A DNA stretch of 64,000 nucleotides from Macrostomum lignano (taxonomy: Eukaryota), in assembly GCA_002269645.1 (NCBI GenBank), contig NIVC01001459.1, positions 62,001-126,000 of the forward strand, read 5' to 3'. Below, piece after piece: positions 1 through 22,035 of this stretch (position 1 is the stretch's first letter; every line of letters starts with the position of its first letter). The notes below the pieces were generated by a model. It made no database searches and was not told the DNA's origin. It saw nothing but the letters and a program-made list of their open reading frames with translations. Made by a program: the position numbers and the translations under genes.

Positions 1-1111
1 GTGCGTACGAGGGGTGATGATGGTCTTTTTGTTAAGAATCTGAAGTGGAATTTCGAATAAATTAAATTAAGAATGTTTTGAATGTTTTGATTTCTATTGG
101 AGATGCAATGTTGTGTTACTGGATTGCCAGCAAACTTGGTTAGTCAGTATATACTTTATGGTGGCTAATTTTGTTAACTGCTTAAAAGAAACTGGAAAAG
201 GCCTGTTTATGCAAAACATTGTTATGGCAGCTATCAATTCAATACGACTCAGTTTGCCGCTCAAATCGTCTTTAATTTTAAGCCACGTTACAGACATCAA
301 AGCTTCAAAACCTTACTGACCCTATAGTGACTACGCAACGAAATCTGATGCGGTTTCCCGCTTAAAGACCTGCACAACTGTGTTGGGCTGTGGGCCATGT
401 ATAAACTCAGTGCAAACTTGAATAATTCTCTCGTACATGTAGCTGGAAACACTTTGCACACTATGCATGCAGTTTGGATGCAAAAAGAAAGGCTAGCAGA
501 AGGATGCCCAACTATTTTTCGCCCGTCGAACTATACATAAGGGTTCCCCCGTCTGACAATAAATGTATTTTTTTGCAGCAGCGTCAGAATGGAAAAACGC
601 AGGCACAATGGGAAATTCAAGAACACGGCCTAAACTTTTTGTTGCGCACCTTCTCAAACCAATATCAAGTTGCTATCAGCTTTTTGGACCATCAAGATGT
701 TCAAAGATTTTGCCAGAAGGTCAGATTTCTCCCATATGCGCTATAGTGTATTCAATTCATCCCTATGCGCCAATCGGCACTGCGCCTCAGGGCAGTATTG
801 CTAGTCGGCAGATTTCAAAACAAAACAGATTCAAACAAAAAAAACAGATAAAAAATAGAGTCACTCATAATAGATCTGTTTTGTAATTTTGATGTATTCT
901 AGGCCAATCCTATATACTAAAAATGAGTTGTTTGTTTGTACGCAATCGATTAGAGAAAAATTTAGTCCTATCCATTGCAAGCTTCGATGAAAATTTCGGT
1001 CATTTCGGCGAAAAGCCATAATAATCATAATAATTTAAGCAAGGCTAAAGCAAGGACGTGAGGTGGGGGTGGAGAAAGTTTCTTGGAAGTTGGCGGGTTT
1101 ATTAATTGACA

Positions 1112-1128
1112 CCAATGAGGTGGGGCGG
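1112..1128 (+). promoter_or_regulatory. Candidate CCAAT box plus GC box
   Basis: CCAAT at 1112-1116 and GGGGCGG at 1122-1128, ahead of a CpG-rich stretch upstream of AARS2. Motif match only. Confidence 0.25.
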
Positions 1129-2264
1129 ATTCCACGTTTGAATTCCCGCCGGTCGTTGCGTTGGCACTAATTTAAATCCGGAGATCGCGCAGACGAATCA
1201 CAACGGAATTATTTCTCCTGTTTTACTCCGACTGCCGGGGTCTTCAAGTTCCGGGGGAGGGTAGTCGTAATCGTAGCTGAGCGGTCGTGTAGCGGCGCGG
1301 TCGTTCAAATGGTAGACGCCGTAGATTCTGACACCGTAAATTAATGCGTCGATCAGTTGAGCTGATTACTTTCAGTAGGTTAGAGCTGCCACCACCGTAA
1401 TTTACGTATTACGGAACGATTAAGTCTCAGAGCTTTCTTTGAGTTGAGAACTTTGGTTGTTTTACGCCCCGTGGGCAAATGACTCAAGGCTATGGCTTAT
1501 GGATCAACGAATAAATATGGCGGAAATTAGTTATTTATTGGATATTATTTATTAAATGTTATTAATTAGGAAGCAGGCAGTAAATTGGTATTGATATTTG
1601 CAGTGCTACGCGAGTGAATCGGGGCGCCGGGGCGCTATTAACAATCGAGTAAACTAGTTAAAGCTGGATATGAACTCAGAAAGGAGAGGAAAAAAACGAA
1701 CGAAAAGGAAATTTTTACGCAGAAAATAAAGCAGAATTGCATATAATATACTGAGGATAATAACGGGTCATCCTTTGGTTCAAGCGTTGGGCACGGCAGT
1801 GGATACAAATTTTCGCGGGTTGGACACGGCGCTGGATGGCCTCAAATGTATTAATGCAAAAATACAAAAAAAACAAATTTTGTCCAGCAACTGACAGGCG
1901 TAGATTCACGGAGTGGAAACAAAAATTTCACTGCAGGGATGGTCATTGCTGAACAGGGAAATGTTTCCGACAAAGGAAAAATAAAAAATTAACGTGCAAA
2001 TTTGAATCGGATAGTTACAAACGAATAATATAGGTTTTAGTGAATTCATGGCATAAACAGAGGTGGCTTAAGTCTACTTAAGTCGTCCTTGGGCAAAAGC
2101 TTGGTTGGCTTATTTAATTGGCTACTACTGTACTGTTCATACATGGCTTATAATATAAAAGCTAATAATTATAGTACTTAATGATAATTGATAATTATAA
2201 TCATACATACACAAGCGCGCAAACCCCCTGATTTACATACTGGCCGCGCTGCCCGCGCATCTTA

Positions 2265-2400
2265 GGCCTACTTTTTGACCAAAAATGCAACTTACCTATG
2301 AAAACCTAACTTAAGCAAAAATTATTGTAATTTTTGTTAAATCGTGGGAGTAACTATGACTATATTGTTAAATGCCTCATCATCTAATTAGTACTGTCTG
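2265..2400 (+). repeat. Dispersed ~140-bp repeat, copy 1 (copy 2 at ~3315-3465)
   Basis: Shared blocks CCAAAAATG..ACTTACCTA, GGAGTAACTAT and TCATCTAATTAGTACT in the same order in both copies. Confidence 0.65.
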
Positions 2401-3314
2401 TATTTTTTGGGTGTTCATTTTTGTGACTTACCTTGGCTGGGTGGCGCCTGGGCCCCTCACTAGCCAGCTAGATTGGCCATGCTGGCTGGGTGGGTATTGT
2501 ACATGTATGACTAATTTTACATATCAAATCTTACAAAGTTTAGATTTTGTGCTAGAAAGGTTATTTTTAAACCATTTTAAACATTCTTTAAACTAGGCCT
2601 AAGTATCTTTAAATAGCACAATAAATAAATAAATAAAATTATAAACATAGGCTTTTGCCTTTTGCTTTATATTATATTATACAATATTATAATGCCTAAT
2701 AGAGTATAAATTTATAATATATTAAAGTATCTCTAAAAACCCTATTTAACTATATAGAGATGACTTAACCTTATTTTTCCCAAATTTTTTTTCTATATCT
2801 TTGGACAAATATAAAAAACCTAACTTTATAGCCTATTCATATTTTTATAAGTATTTAGCTAAAAGAACTAATATTGTAAATAATATTTAAATAAATCTTT
2901 CTTTAGCTGTTAGCAATTTACTGTTTAAGCTTAGTCTTTTGGATCAAGGTAGGCCTAAATAATTTTTTCTATTTCAATATTATATATTTTAGGCCTACTA
3001 CTGTTTCTAATATATTAAGTCTAATATCTATTTCACCAAAGTATTATTTGATTTTTTGTTAAAGGTTATAAAAAAAAATCAAAGAACCATTTTTATGCTT
3101 TTCATGTTTCCAAACAAAACAAAACCATGTGTTACATTTGTAAAAATGTGACTTCACTTTTGGTTAAAAATAATTATGGACTATTGTATCTGGTAAGTAA
3201 CGATGTTTTGACCTAAAGTATTTAAGTTTGCTTTTTTTAGTTTTAAATATTCATATTATAGTCATTAAACATTAGCTAACACCATGCATGCACAACCTTC
3301 CCCCCTAATTTACA

Positions 3315-3465
3315 CTGGCCTTGCGACATAAATTTTTTAAACCAAAAATGTGACTTACCTAATGAAAGAACCTAAGCAAAACTCAACTTTTGGGTAAATA
3401 GCAGGAGTAACTATAACTGTATTATTAAGGCTTCATTCCTCGTCATCTAATTAGTACTATGTAGC
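3315..3465 (+). repeat. Dispersed ~140-bp repeat, copy 2
   Basis: Diverged direct copy of 2265-2400. Confidence 0.65.
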
Positions 3466-3517
3466 ACCTAGATGCAGATGCTAGGACAAATAAAGAACAC
3501 AATTCTCAATTCCACAG

Positions 3518-13112
<9,595 letters not shown>

Positions 13113-13447
13113 CAATTTGAGTTACTTTAACACTCTTGGTGTTTACAGTTGCTTATAGTTAGGTGCTTTAGTTGGCATATATATATGCTTTAGTTGGTAA
13201 ATTTGTTATTACGAGTATTTTCCATGCTTTCATGTGCCTAAGCGTCTTCGTACTGTAATTCATATTTTCCCGATTAAAAATATTAAAATTTGTATTTTCT
13301 TTGATCGAAAATTGATACAAGCTGTGAATAAAATTTGTAGGTTTTGTTTCCTGTTGTTTGCTATCAGCTTAGTTATTACATTATTAACATTGTGTTGTTT
13401 ATTTAATCCCTATAAAGTTAACGGCGATTTTTCTAATCCTAATCCAA

Positions 13448-14311
13448 CCGGAAACCATGGATCCCAAACCGGAAACCATAGATTCCAAACCGGAAACCAT
13501 TGATTCCAAACCAGAAACCATAGATTCCAAACCGGAAACCATTGATTCCCAACCGGAAACCATAGATTCCAAACCGGAAACCATAGATTCCAAACCGGAA
13601 ACCATTGATTCCCAACCGGAAACCATAGATTCCAAACCAGAAACCATAGATTCCCAACCGGAAACCAGAGATTCCCAACAAGAAACCATAGATTCCTAAA
13701 CTGGAAGCCATAGATTCCCAACCGGAAACCATAGATTCCTAAACTGGAAACCATAGATTCCCAACCGGAAACCATAGATTCCTAAACTGGAAACCATTGA
13801 TTCCAAACCAGAAACCATAGATTCCAAACCGGAAACCATTGATTCCCAACCGGAAACCATAGATTCCAAACCGGAAACCATTGATTCCCAACCGGAAACC
13901 ATAGATTCCAAACCAGAAACCATAGATTCCCAACCGGAAACCAGAGATTCCCAACAAGAAACCATAGATTCCTAAACTGGAAACCATAGATTCCCAACCG
14001 GAAACCATAGATTCCTAAACTGGAAACCATAGATTCCCAACCGGAAACCATAGATTCCCAACCGGAAACCATTGATTCCCAACTGGCAACCATTGATTCC
14101 CAACCGGAAACCATAGATTCCTAAACTGGAAACCATAGATTCCTAAACTGGAAACCATAGACTCCCAACCGGAAACCATAGATTCCTAAACTGTAAACCA
14201 TAGATTCCTAAACTGGAAACCATAGATTCCTAAACTGGAAACCATAGATTCCCCAACGAAAACCATAGACTCCCAACCGGAAACAAGAGATTCCCAAACG
14301 GAAACCATAGA
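13448..14311. repeat. Intergenic minisatellite, 21 bp unit (GGAAACCATAGATTCCCAACC)
   Basis: Tandem copies between AARS2 and the mTERF gene. Confidence 0.9.
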
Positions 14312-14607
14312 AAGCATTTCGATTCATTGTCGTGTCATATTTGAATGGCTTCATGGCTATGAATATAGTAAGAATGCACCAAGTCATACGAGTATTGTTC
14401 CTTCTAGATTATACTTTCATACAATTATATGCTGAGCTCTACTTGTGTAGTGTCATTGTTATATCTTATATACTGTTGCCGTATTCATGATTTCTTCAAA
14501 TAACAACAGTTGTAACGATTTTCATTAATTTTACAATAACTATATACAGAAGGAGCATGTAGCTTAATGTTAATGTAGAGATTAACAAATTTTCATCTAA
14601 TCAATTC

Positions 14608-16245
14608 ATGTTTGTCTGCATCAGAATTCTTCAACTCCAGCAGAAGTGGGCACTAGCTCGCTCTGTGCTACCCGCAGTTGCTACCCGTGCTGCCCCTGTT
14701 GCAGCGGGACTTGCAGCCGTTCACGCTGCTGTACCCTACGGCACCGGCAGCACCAATATTGTGCATGGTAGGCCTTCTTATCTGTCGTCTTGAACTTAAG
14801 AGTGAGATTAGAGATATTAATGTGAGATTTGAGATATTGGAATGAGATTGGAGGTCTTAAGAGTGAGATTGGAGATCTTAGGTGTGAGATTAAAGATATT
14901 TGGAGTGATATTGGAGATCTTAGGAGGGAGATTCTAGGTGTTGGAGTGAGATTAGAGATATTATTGTGAGATGGAAGATCTTAGGAGTGAGATTGGAGAT
15001 CTTAAGAGTGAGATTAGAGATCTTAGGAGTGAGATTGGAGATCTTAGGAGGGAGATTCTAGATATTGGAGTGAGATTAAAAATGTTATTGTGAGATTAAA
15101 GATCTTTGAAGTGAGATTAGAGATGTTATTGTGAGATTGAAGATCTTTGGAGTGAGATTAGATATGTTATTGTGAGATCGAAGATCTTTGGAGTGAGATT
15201 AGAGATGTTATTGTGAGATTGAAGATCTTTGGAGTGAGATTAGAGATGTTATTGTGAGATTGAAGATCTTTGGAGTGAGTTTGGAGATCTTAAGAGTGAG
15301 ATTAGAGATATTAGGTGTGAGATTGAATATCTTTAGAGTGAGATTGGAGATCTTAGGAGGGAGATTCTAGATATTGGAGTGAGATTAGAGATAACAGAGT
15401 GCGATTGAAATGTGGCTGAAAGCTGTCAAACCTTAAAAATGCCCTACGCACCCTTTGAACACCCAGGCGTTGCTCAGGCAGTCGACAGCTCGTCAGCTAG
15501 CAAGAAATTAAGCAAAAGAATCAAGAGAAAAATTGCAAATAAAAGTAACGCGTTGAGCTATACAATTTCGCCAGATGAAGCTGCAGTATTATTGGGCCAA
15601 TCAGCTGATAGCAGCTTAATTACCAATCTAGAAGAAGTCATTCTGCACTTATCCCGATTGGGCGTCAAATCTCCTAAATCGGTTTTGAAACGTCTTGGTC
15701 AGTCGAACTGTTGCCAGGTCGCCGCCAACGCTGACGAGCTTGACAAGTTGCAGATGCGGTTGGAGTTCTATCTGAAATTTCACACTAAAGCTGATTGCGC
15801 TAGACTAATTGAGTCTAAGCCGCAGTTGCTATGCAGAGATCTAGTTGAGTTGAACACTGTCGCCAATTATTTGGTATTAAAGTGCGGCTTTGCAACCGAT
15901 GTGCTCAACTATATGCCGTCAGTTTGGCTGTTAAACTATGCTCAAGTGGTTGCTAGGCGAGAGATTATGTCGAAGACTGGCCGGTTGTCGCGCCAGCCAA
16001 AACGCGAGTTCAACGCTAGGAGTGTGGCCGGGTGTGACTGTTTTAGCGACAGCCTGTCTGACTTTCTTAAGCGTTGCTGCATCACCCAGGAAGAGTACGG
16101 GGCGTACTATGCTGTTACCGAGGCAACGATTGATGCGCAGTGTAACAAGATCCTTGTTGATCATCGGGATGACAGAACTGACTGTGGCGATGATTATGAC
16201 TCAGCTTTATCCGATAATGACAGCGATGGTGAAGAGAGTGAATGA
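14608..16245 (+). CDS. mTERF-family protein (MTERF4/MTERF3-like). Probable exons ~14608/14641-14767 and 15467-16245
   Basis: ORF 15412-16245 has helical mTERF-like repeats ([63 protein letters not shown]) and an acidic tail ([18 protein letters not shown]). The phase-1 donor at 14767/8 matches the phase-1 acceptor at 15466/7. The upstream exon reads like a targeting peptide. Family call is from recalled motifs, and the 5' end is uncertain. Confidence 0.6.
14800..15392. repeat. Degenerate intronic minisatellite, ~22 bp (GAGTGAGATTAGAGATCTTAG)
   Basis: Tandem copies read directly. Confidence 0.85.
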
Positions 16246-16309
16246 TTAGTCTGCTAATTATCACAGGCCTGAGAGTGTCGCCATTCTCTAATCCTGCAAA
16301 CTATCCCAC

Positions 16310-16997
16310 CAAGAACCGTCCTCCAACATCATTAAGAACCGCTCTCCAATCCCATCAAGAACCGCCCCCCCCCCAACCCCATGAAAACCCCCCAACCCCA
16401 TCAAGAACCGCCCCCAACCCCATCAGGAACCGCCCCCCCAACCCCATGAAAACCCCCCAACCCCATTAAGAACCGCCCCCAACCCCATCAAGAACCGCCC
16501 CAAACCCCATCAAGAACCGCCCGAAACCCCATCAAGAACCGCCCCCAATCCCATCAAGAACCGCCCCCAATCCCATCAAGAACCGCCCCCAACCCCATCA
16601 AGAACCGCCCCCCAACCCCATCAAGAACCGCCCCCAACCCCATCAAGAACCGCCCCCAACCCCATCAAGAACCGCCCCCCCATCAAGAACCGCCCCTAAC
16701 CCCATAAAGAACCGCCCCCAACCCCATCAAGAACCGCCCCCCAACCCCATCAAGAACCGCCTTCCAACCCCATCAAGAACCGCCTTCCAACCCCATCAAG
16801 AACCGCCTTCCAATCCCATCAAGAACCGCCTTCCAACCCCATCAAGAACCGCCTTCCAATCCCATCAAGAACCGCCTGCCAATCCCATCAAGAACCGCCT
16901 TCCAATCCCATCAAGAACCGCCTTCCAATCCCATCAAGAACCGCCTTCCAATCCCATCTTGAACCGCCCCCAACCTTATCAAGAACCGCCTTCCAAT
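16310..16997. repeat. Minisatellite, ~22 bp (CCCCATCAAGAACCGCCCCCAA)
   Basis: Tandem copies read directly. Confidence 0.9.
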
Positions 16998-17209
16998 TTT
17001 TTGGCATTTGTTTAGAGTTGAGCTGTAACTTTTACGACTTGTATCTAAGCCAGTTTTAATACTAACAAAACTTAAATACACATCCTTAGGGAAATGAAAG
17101 TTCAATTACGAGCTACTTCATATTTTGTTATTTAAATTAGTCGCAAAATACGTAAAAGTACCTTTGCTATCGTTGTTTTATATTAATTATTTTCAATATT
17201 TCTAGGCTT

Positions 17210-18541
17210 ACATACCTCAGCCAGTCAAACCTGGCCCTACAAACTATAGCCATCAATAATGTACATAGCTCAGCCAGTCTGAACCTGGCCCTACTTACTA
17301 TAGCCATCAATAATGTACATAGCTCAGCCAGTCTGAACCTGGCCCTACTTACTATAGCCATCAATAATGTACATACCTCAGCCAGTCAAACCTGGCCCTA
17401 CAAACTATAGCCATCAATAATGTACATAGCTCAGCCAGTCTGAACCTGGCCCATACTTACTATAGCCAGCAATGTACATAGCTCAGCCAGTCTGAACCTG
17501 GCCCTACTTACTATAGCCATCAATAATGTACATAGCTCAGCCAGTCTGAACCTGGCCCTACTTACTATAGCCAGCAATGTACATAGCTCAGCCAGTCTGA
17601 ACCTGGCCCATACTTACTATAGCCAGCAATGTACATAGCTCAGCCAGTCTGAACCTGGCCCTACTTACTATAGCCAGCAGTGTACATAGCTCAGCCAGTC
17701 TGAACCTGGCCCTACTTACTATAGCCAGCAATGTACATAGCTCAGCCAGTCTGAACCTGGCCCTACTTACTATAGCCAGCAGTGTACATAGCTCAGCCAG
17801 TCTGAACCTGGCCCTACTAGCCAGCAATGTACATAGCTCAGCCAGTCTGAACCTGGCCCTACTTACTATAGCCAGCAATGTACATAGCTCAGCCAGTCTG
17901 AACCTGGCCCTACTTACTATAGCCAGCAGTGTACATAGCTCAGCCAGTCTGAACCTGGCCCTACTTACTATAGCCAGCAATGTACATAGCTCAGCCAGTC
18001 TGAACCTGGCCCTACTTACTATAGCCAGCAGTGTACATAGCTCAGCCAGTCTGAACCTGGCCCTACTAGCCAGCAATGTACATAGCTCAGCTAGTCTGAA
18101 CCTGGCCCTACTTACTATAGCCAGCAATGTACATAGCTCAGCCAGTCTGAACCTGGCCCTACTTACTATAGCCAGCAATGTACATAGCTCAGCCAGTCTG
18201 AACCTGGCCCTACTTACTATAGCCAGCAGTGTACATAGCTCAGCCAGTCTGAACCTGGCCCTACTTACTATAGCCAGCAATGTACATAGCTCAGCCAGTC
18301 TGAACCTGGCCCTACTTACTATAGCCAGCAGTGTACATAGCTCAGCCAGTCTGAACCTGGCCCTACTTACTATAGCCAGCAATGTACATAGCTCAGCCAG
18401 TCTGAACCTGGCCCTACTTACTATAGCCAGCAGTGTACATAGCTCAGCCAGTCTGAACCTGGCCCTACTTACTATAGCCAGCAATGTACATAGCTCAGCC
18501 AGTCTGAACCTGGCCCTACTTACTATAGCCAGCAATGTACA
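17210..18541. repeat. Minisatellite, 51 bp (GTACATAGCTCAGCCAGTCTGAACCTGGCCCTACTTACTATAGCCAGCAAT)
   Basis: Near-identical tandem copies. Confidence 0.92.
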
Positions 18542-19234
18542 TGGTTCATTCCTTACCCGGTGGGTGTACGAGTACATTGCGCCTAATGTATTTAACTAAT
18601 AGAAACTTTCTAGTTAAGTTTTGAATTAATTTGCTAATCGCATTAGCTACAGGTATCTCATTACACATGTCAATGTAACCTGCTAGGGCACCTGTCAGCT
18701 GACTGTCAAATAACATGAATGTAATGTTTAAATTTAGATTGGGCACAGAGTACATTGATGGATTGTTTCTCAAACGTATCTATAGCTCCAGATATAATTG
18801 TGAGCCAGCTTATTTATGCTTTTTTCTCTCTGCCTATATCCCCTTCTTTGCGATCCACTTCAACTCTCTAGGCGTCTGTCCATCATCAGTAAATAAAAGT
18901 TTAACAGTGTGCCAAGTGCCAGCAATACATATAATTGACAGCAGCCCCCCCCGCTATGGTCTTCTGGGGATTCAGTTAAACAATTCTATTCATATCAGCG
19001 AGTCGGATGGATGCAGGATGCTTCAGTAGTTAAAAAAAGTTTCGTTGAGTGCTAGATGTTATAATCCTCTGCTTTAGTCGATGTTATTATTTCAACTCGC
19101 TCAAACCCATTGCAAAGTGCTTTCAGTCCGAACCTTCTTGAAGTTTGTGATGCCATTTTTATTACTTATGTATTGGTTTTGGTGCTACGAGTATTTCACG
19201 AGTATTGCTAATTGCCATTATAATATAATTTAAT

Positions 19235-19482
19235 GTTTTTGGCGCCAATTTATTCGAAATAGATGTTTTTGGCGCCAATTTATTTAAATTTGATGGTTTT
19301 GGCGCCATTTCATTCTAATTTGGTGTTTTTGTCGCCAATTTATTTGAATTTGATGGTTTTGGCGCCATTTTTTAATTTGATGGTTTTGGCGCCAATTTAT
19401 TATAATTTGATGTTTTGGCGTCAATTTATTATAATTTAATGTTTTTGGCCTTCTAATTCTAATTTTGTTTTTTGGCGCCATT
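19235..19482. repeat. Degenerate ~32 bp repeat (TTTTGGCGCCAATTT core)
   Basis: About 8 diverged copies. Confidence 0.75.
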
Positions 19483-19629
19483 TTATTACCAGTTATAATC
19501 TAGTTTCAGGGTGTCATTTCACTGTTGTTGTTTAACAGACCGTTAAACAGCTCCCAGCATGCATGCACCCAGTTCATTTTACTTATTAGCGGACCTGATC
19601 AAATCTTCATTAGTTAAAAAACTTATCAA

Positions 19630-19665
19630 CCAATCAGCGACCGCCTACTGATGATCACGTGATCA
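19630..19665 (+). promoter_or_regulatory. Candidate nAChR promoter: CCAAT plus 14-bp palindrome TGATCACGTGATCA (E-box)
   Basis: CCAAT at 19630 and the palindrome at 19652-19665, ~150 bp upstream of the ATG. Motif match only. Confidence 0.3.
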
Positions 19666-19816
19666 CTGTCTGGCCATCGGAGATCTAAGTCTAACACTAC
19701 TGTCTGTGCGCTTCATTCATATCCAAGCTGATTAAACTAAAACTAGCTAGCGTTGGGCTAAAATGCATTAATACTATGGGCCATAAATAGAGTACATCTT
19801 GAACTTCCATATAGCT

Positions 19817-21953
19817 ATGACGTCCGTGGTTCGATTTCTCTTGGTGTCACTGCTGGTTGGTAAGCAAAATCACAAGCTTTGATTACTTAATGCTGATATG
19901 TAGTTTTCAGTTCATTGCTATTAATAAGAAGTTTAAAAAATACGTTTTAATAGTCATTACATGCAATCTGGGTTGTATCTAAGTATCAATGATTTGCATC
20001 TAGATCAAATCTAATCATCAATGATTTGCATCTAGATCAAATCTAATCATCAATGATTGCATCTAGATCAAATCTAATCATCAATGATTTGCATCTAGAT
20101 CAAATCTAATCATCAATGATTTGCATCTAGATCAAATCTAATCATCAATGATTTGCATCTAGATCAAATCTAATCATCAATGATTTGCATCTAGATCAAA
20201 TCTAATCATCAATGATTTGCATCTAGATCAAATCTAATCATCAATGATTTGCATCTAGATCAAATCTAATCATCAATGATTTGCATCTAGATCAAATCTA
20301 ATCATCAATGATTTGCATCTAGATCAAATCTAATCATCAATGATTGCATCTATATTAAATCTGATCTGAATAGAATGGATTGCTAATCTTTAGGATGAAG
20401 GAATAGAATGGATTGCTAATCTTTAGGATGAAGGAATAGAATGGATTGCTAATCTATAGGATGAAGGGATAGAATGTAATAGAATGGATTGCTAATCTAT
20501 AGGATGAAGGAATAGAATGGATTGCTAATCTATAGGATGAAGGAATAGAATGGATTGCTAATCTATAGGATGAAGGAATAGAATGGATTGCTAATCTTTA
20601 GGATGAAGGAATAGAATGGATTGCTAATCTATAGGATGAAGGGATAGAATGTAATAGAATGGATTGCTAATCTATAGGATGAAGGGATAGAATGGAATAG
20701 AATGGATTGCTAATCTATAGGATGAAGGAATAGAATGGATTGCTAATCTATATAGGATGAAGAAATAGAATGGATTGCTAATCTATAGGATAAAGGAATA
20801 GAATGGAATAGAATGGATTGCTAATCTATAGGATGAAGGGATAGAATGGAATAGAATGGATTGCTAATCTATAGGATGAAGGAATAGAATGGATTGCTAA
20901 TCTATAGGATAAAGGAATAGAATGGATTGCTAAAATCTATAGGATGAAGGAATAGAATGGATTGCTAATCTATAGGATAAAGGAATAGAATGGATTGCTA
21001 ATCTATTTGATAAAGGAATAGAATGGATTGCTAATCTATAGGATAAAGGAATAGAATTGATTGCTAATCTATAGGATAAAGGAATAGAATGGATTGCTAA
21101 TCTATAGGATAAAGGAATAGAATGGATTGCTAATCTATAGGATAAAGGAATAGAATGGATTGCTAATCTATAGGATAAAGGAATAGAATGGATTGCTAAT
21201 CTATATGATGAAGGAATAGAATGGATTGCTAATCTATAAGACGAAGGAATAGAATGGAATAGAATGGATTGCTAATCTATATTATGAAGGAATAGAATGG
21301 AATAAAATGGAATAGAATGGATTGCTAATCTATATTATGAAGGAATAGAATGGAATAGAATGGATTGCTAATCTATAGGATAAAGGAATAGAATGGAATA
21401 GAATGGAATAGAATGGATTGCTAATCTATAGGATAAAGGAATAGAATGGATTGCTAATCTATAGGATAAAGGAATAGAATGGAATAGAATGGAATAGAAT
21501 GGATTGCTAATCTATAGGATAAAGGAATAGAATGGATTGCTAATCTATAGGATAAAGGAATAGAATGGAATAGAATGGATTGCTAATCTATAGGATAAAG
21601 GAATAGAATGGATTGCTAATCTATAGGATAAAGGAATAGAATGGATTGCCAATCTATATTATGAAGGAATAAAAAGGATCGCTAATCTAAGCTACCATTT
21701 GGTGTAAGAAAATCCCAATTAGCACCTAAGGAGTGTCAAACTTGCTGTCGTGTCTTCCCCATCAACCCCTCCTTCACCCGGCTGCAGCCTCTCTGCCTCA
21801 TCAGTGCAGCTCAAACCCGGACGCCAAGCGTCTCTTCGACGACCTGCTGAGCAAGGCTGACTACAATAAGCTCATTCGGCCGGTTAACAACAACTCCAGG
21901 ACTCTCACAGTGTATCTCGGGCTGAAACTGTCTCAGCTGATTGACGTGGTGAG

Positions 21954-22035
<82 letters not shown>

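Noticed and set aside
1-900. Possible - strand exons at the left edge (donor GTAAGG near 315) and ORFs 94-886
   Set aside because: No recognisable product and no verifiable exon chain within the window.
1290-1345. tRNA D-arm-like stretch (GTCGTTCAAATGGTAGAC)
   Set aside because: There is no T-loop/B-box and no cloverleaf downstream.
13399-14114. Multiple overlapping repeat ORFs (also 7198-7839, 31527-32354, 43027-43424, 50880-51165)
   Set aside because: They arise from minisatellites whose unit length is a multiple of 3, and they have no coding context.
17588-18577. 329-aa ORF (LAELCTLLAIVSRARFR)n
   Set aside because: It is a stop-free frame of a 51-bp satellite with no unique coding flanks.
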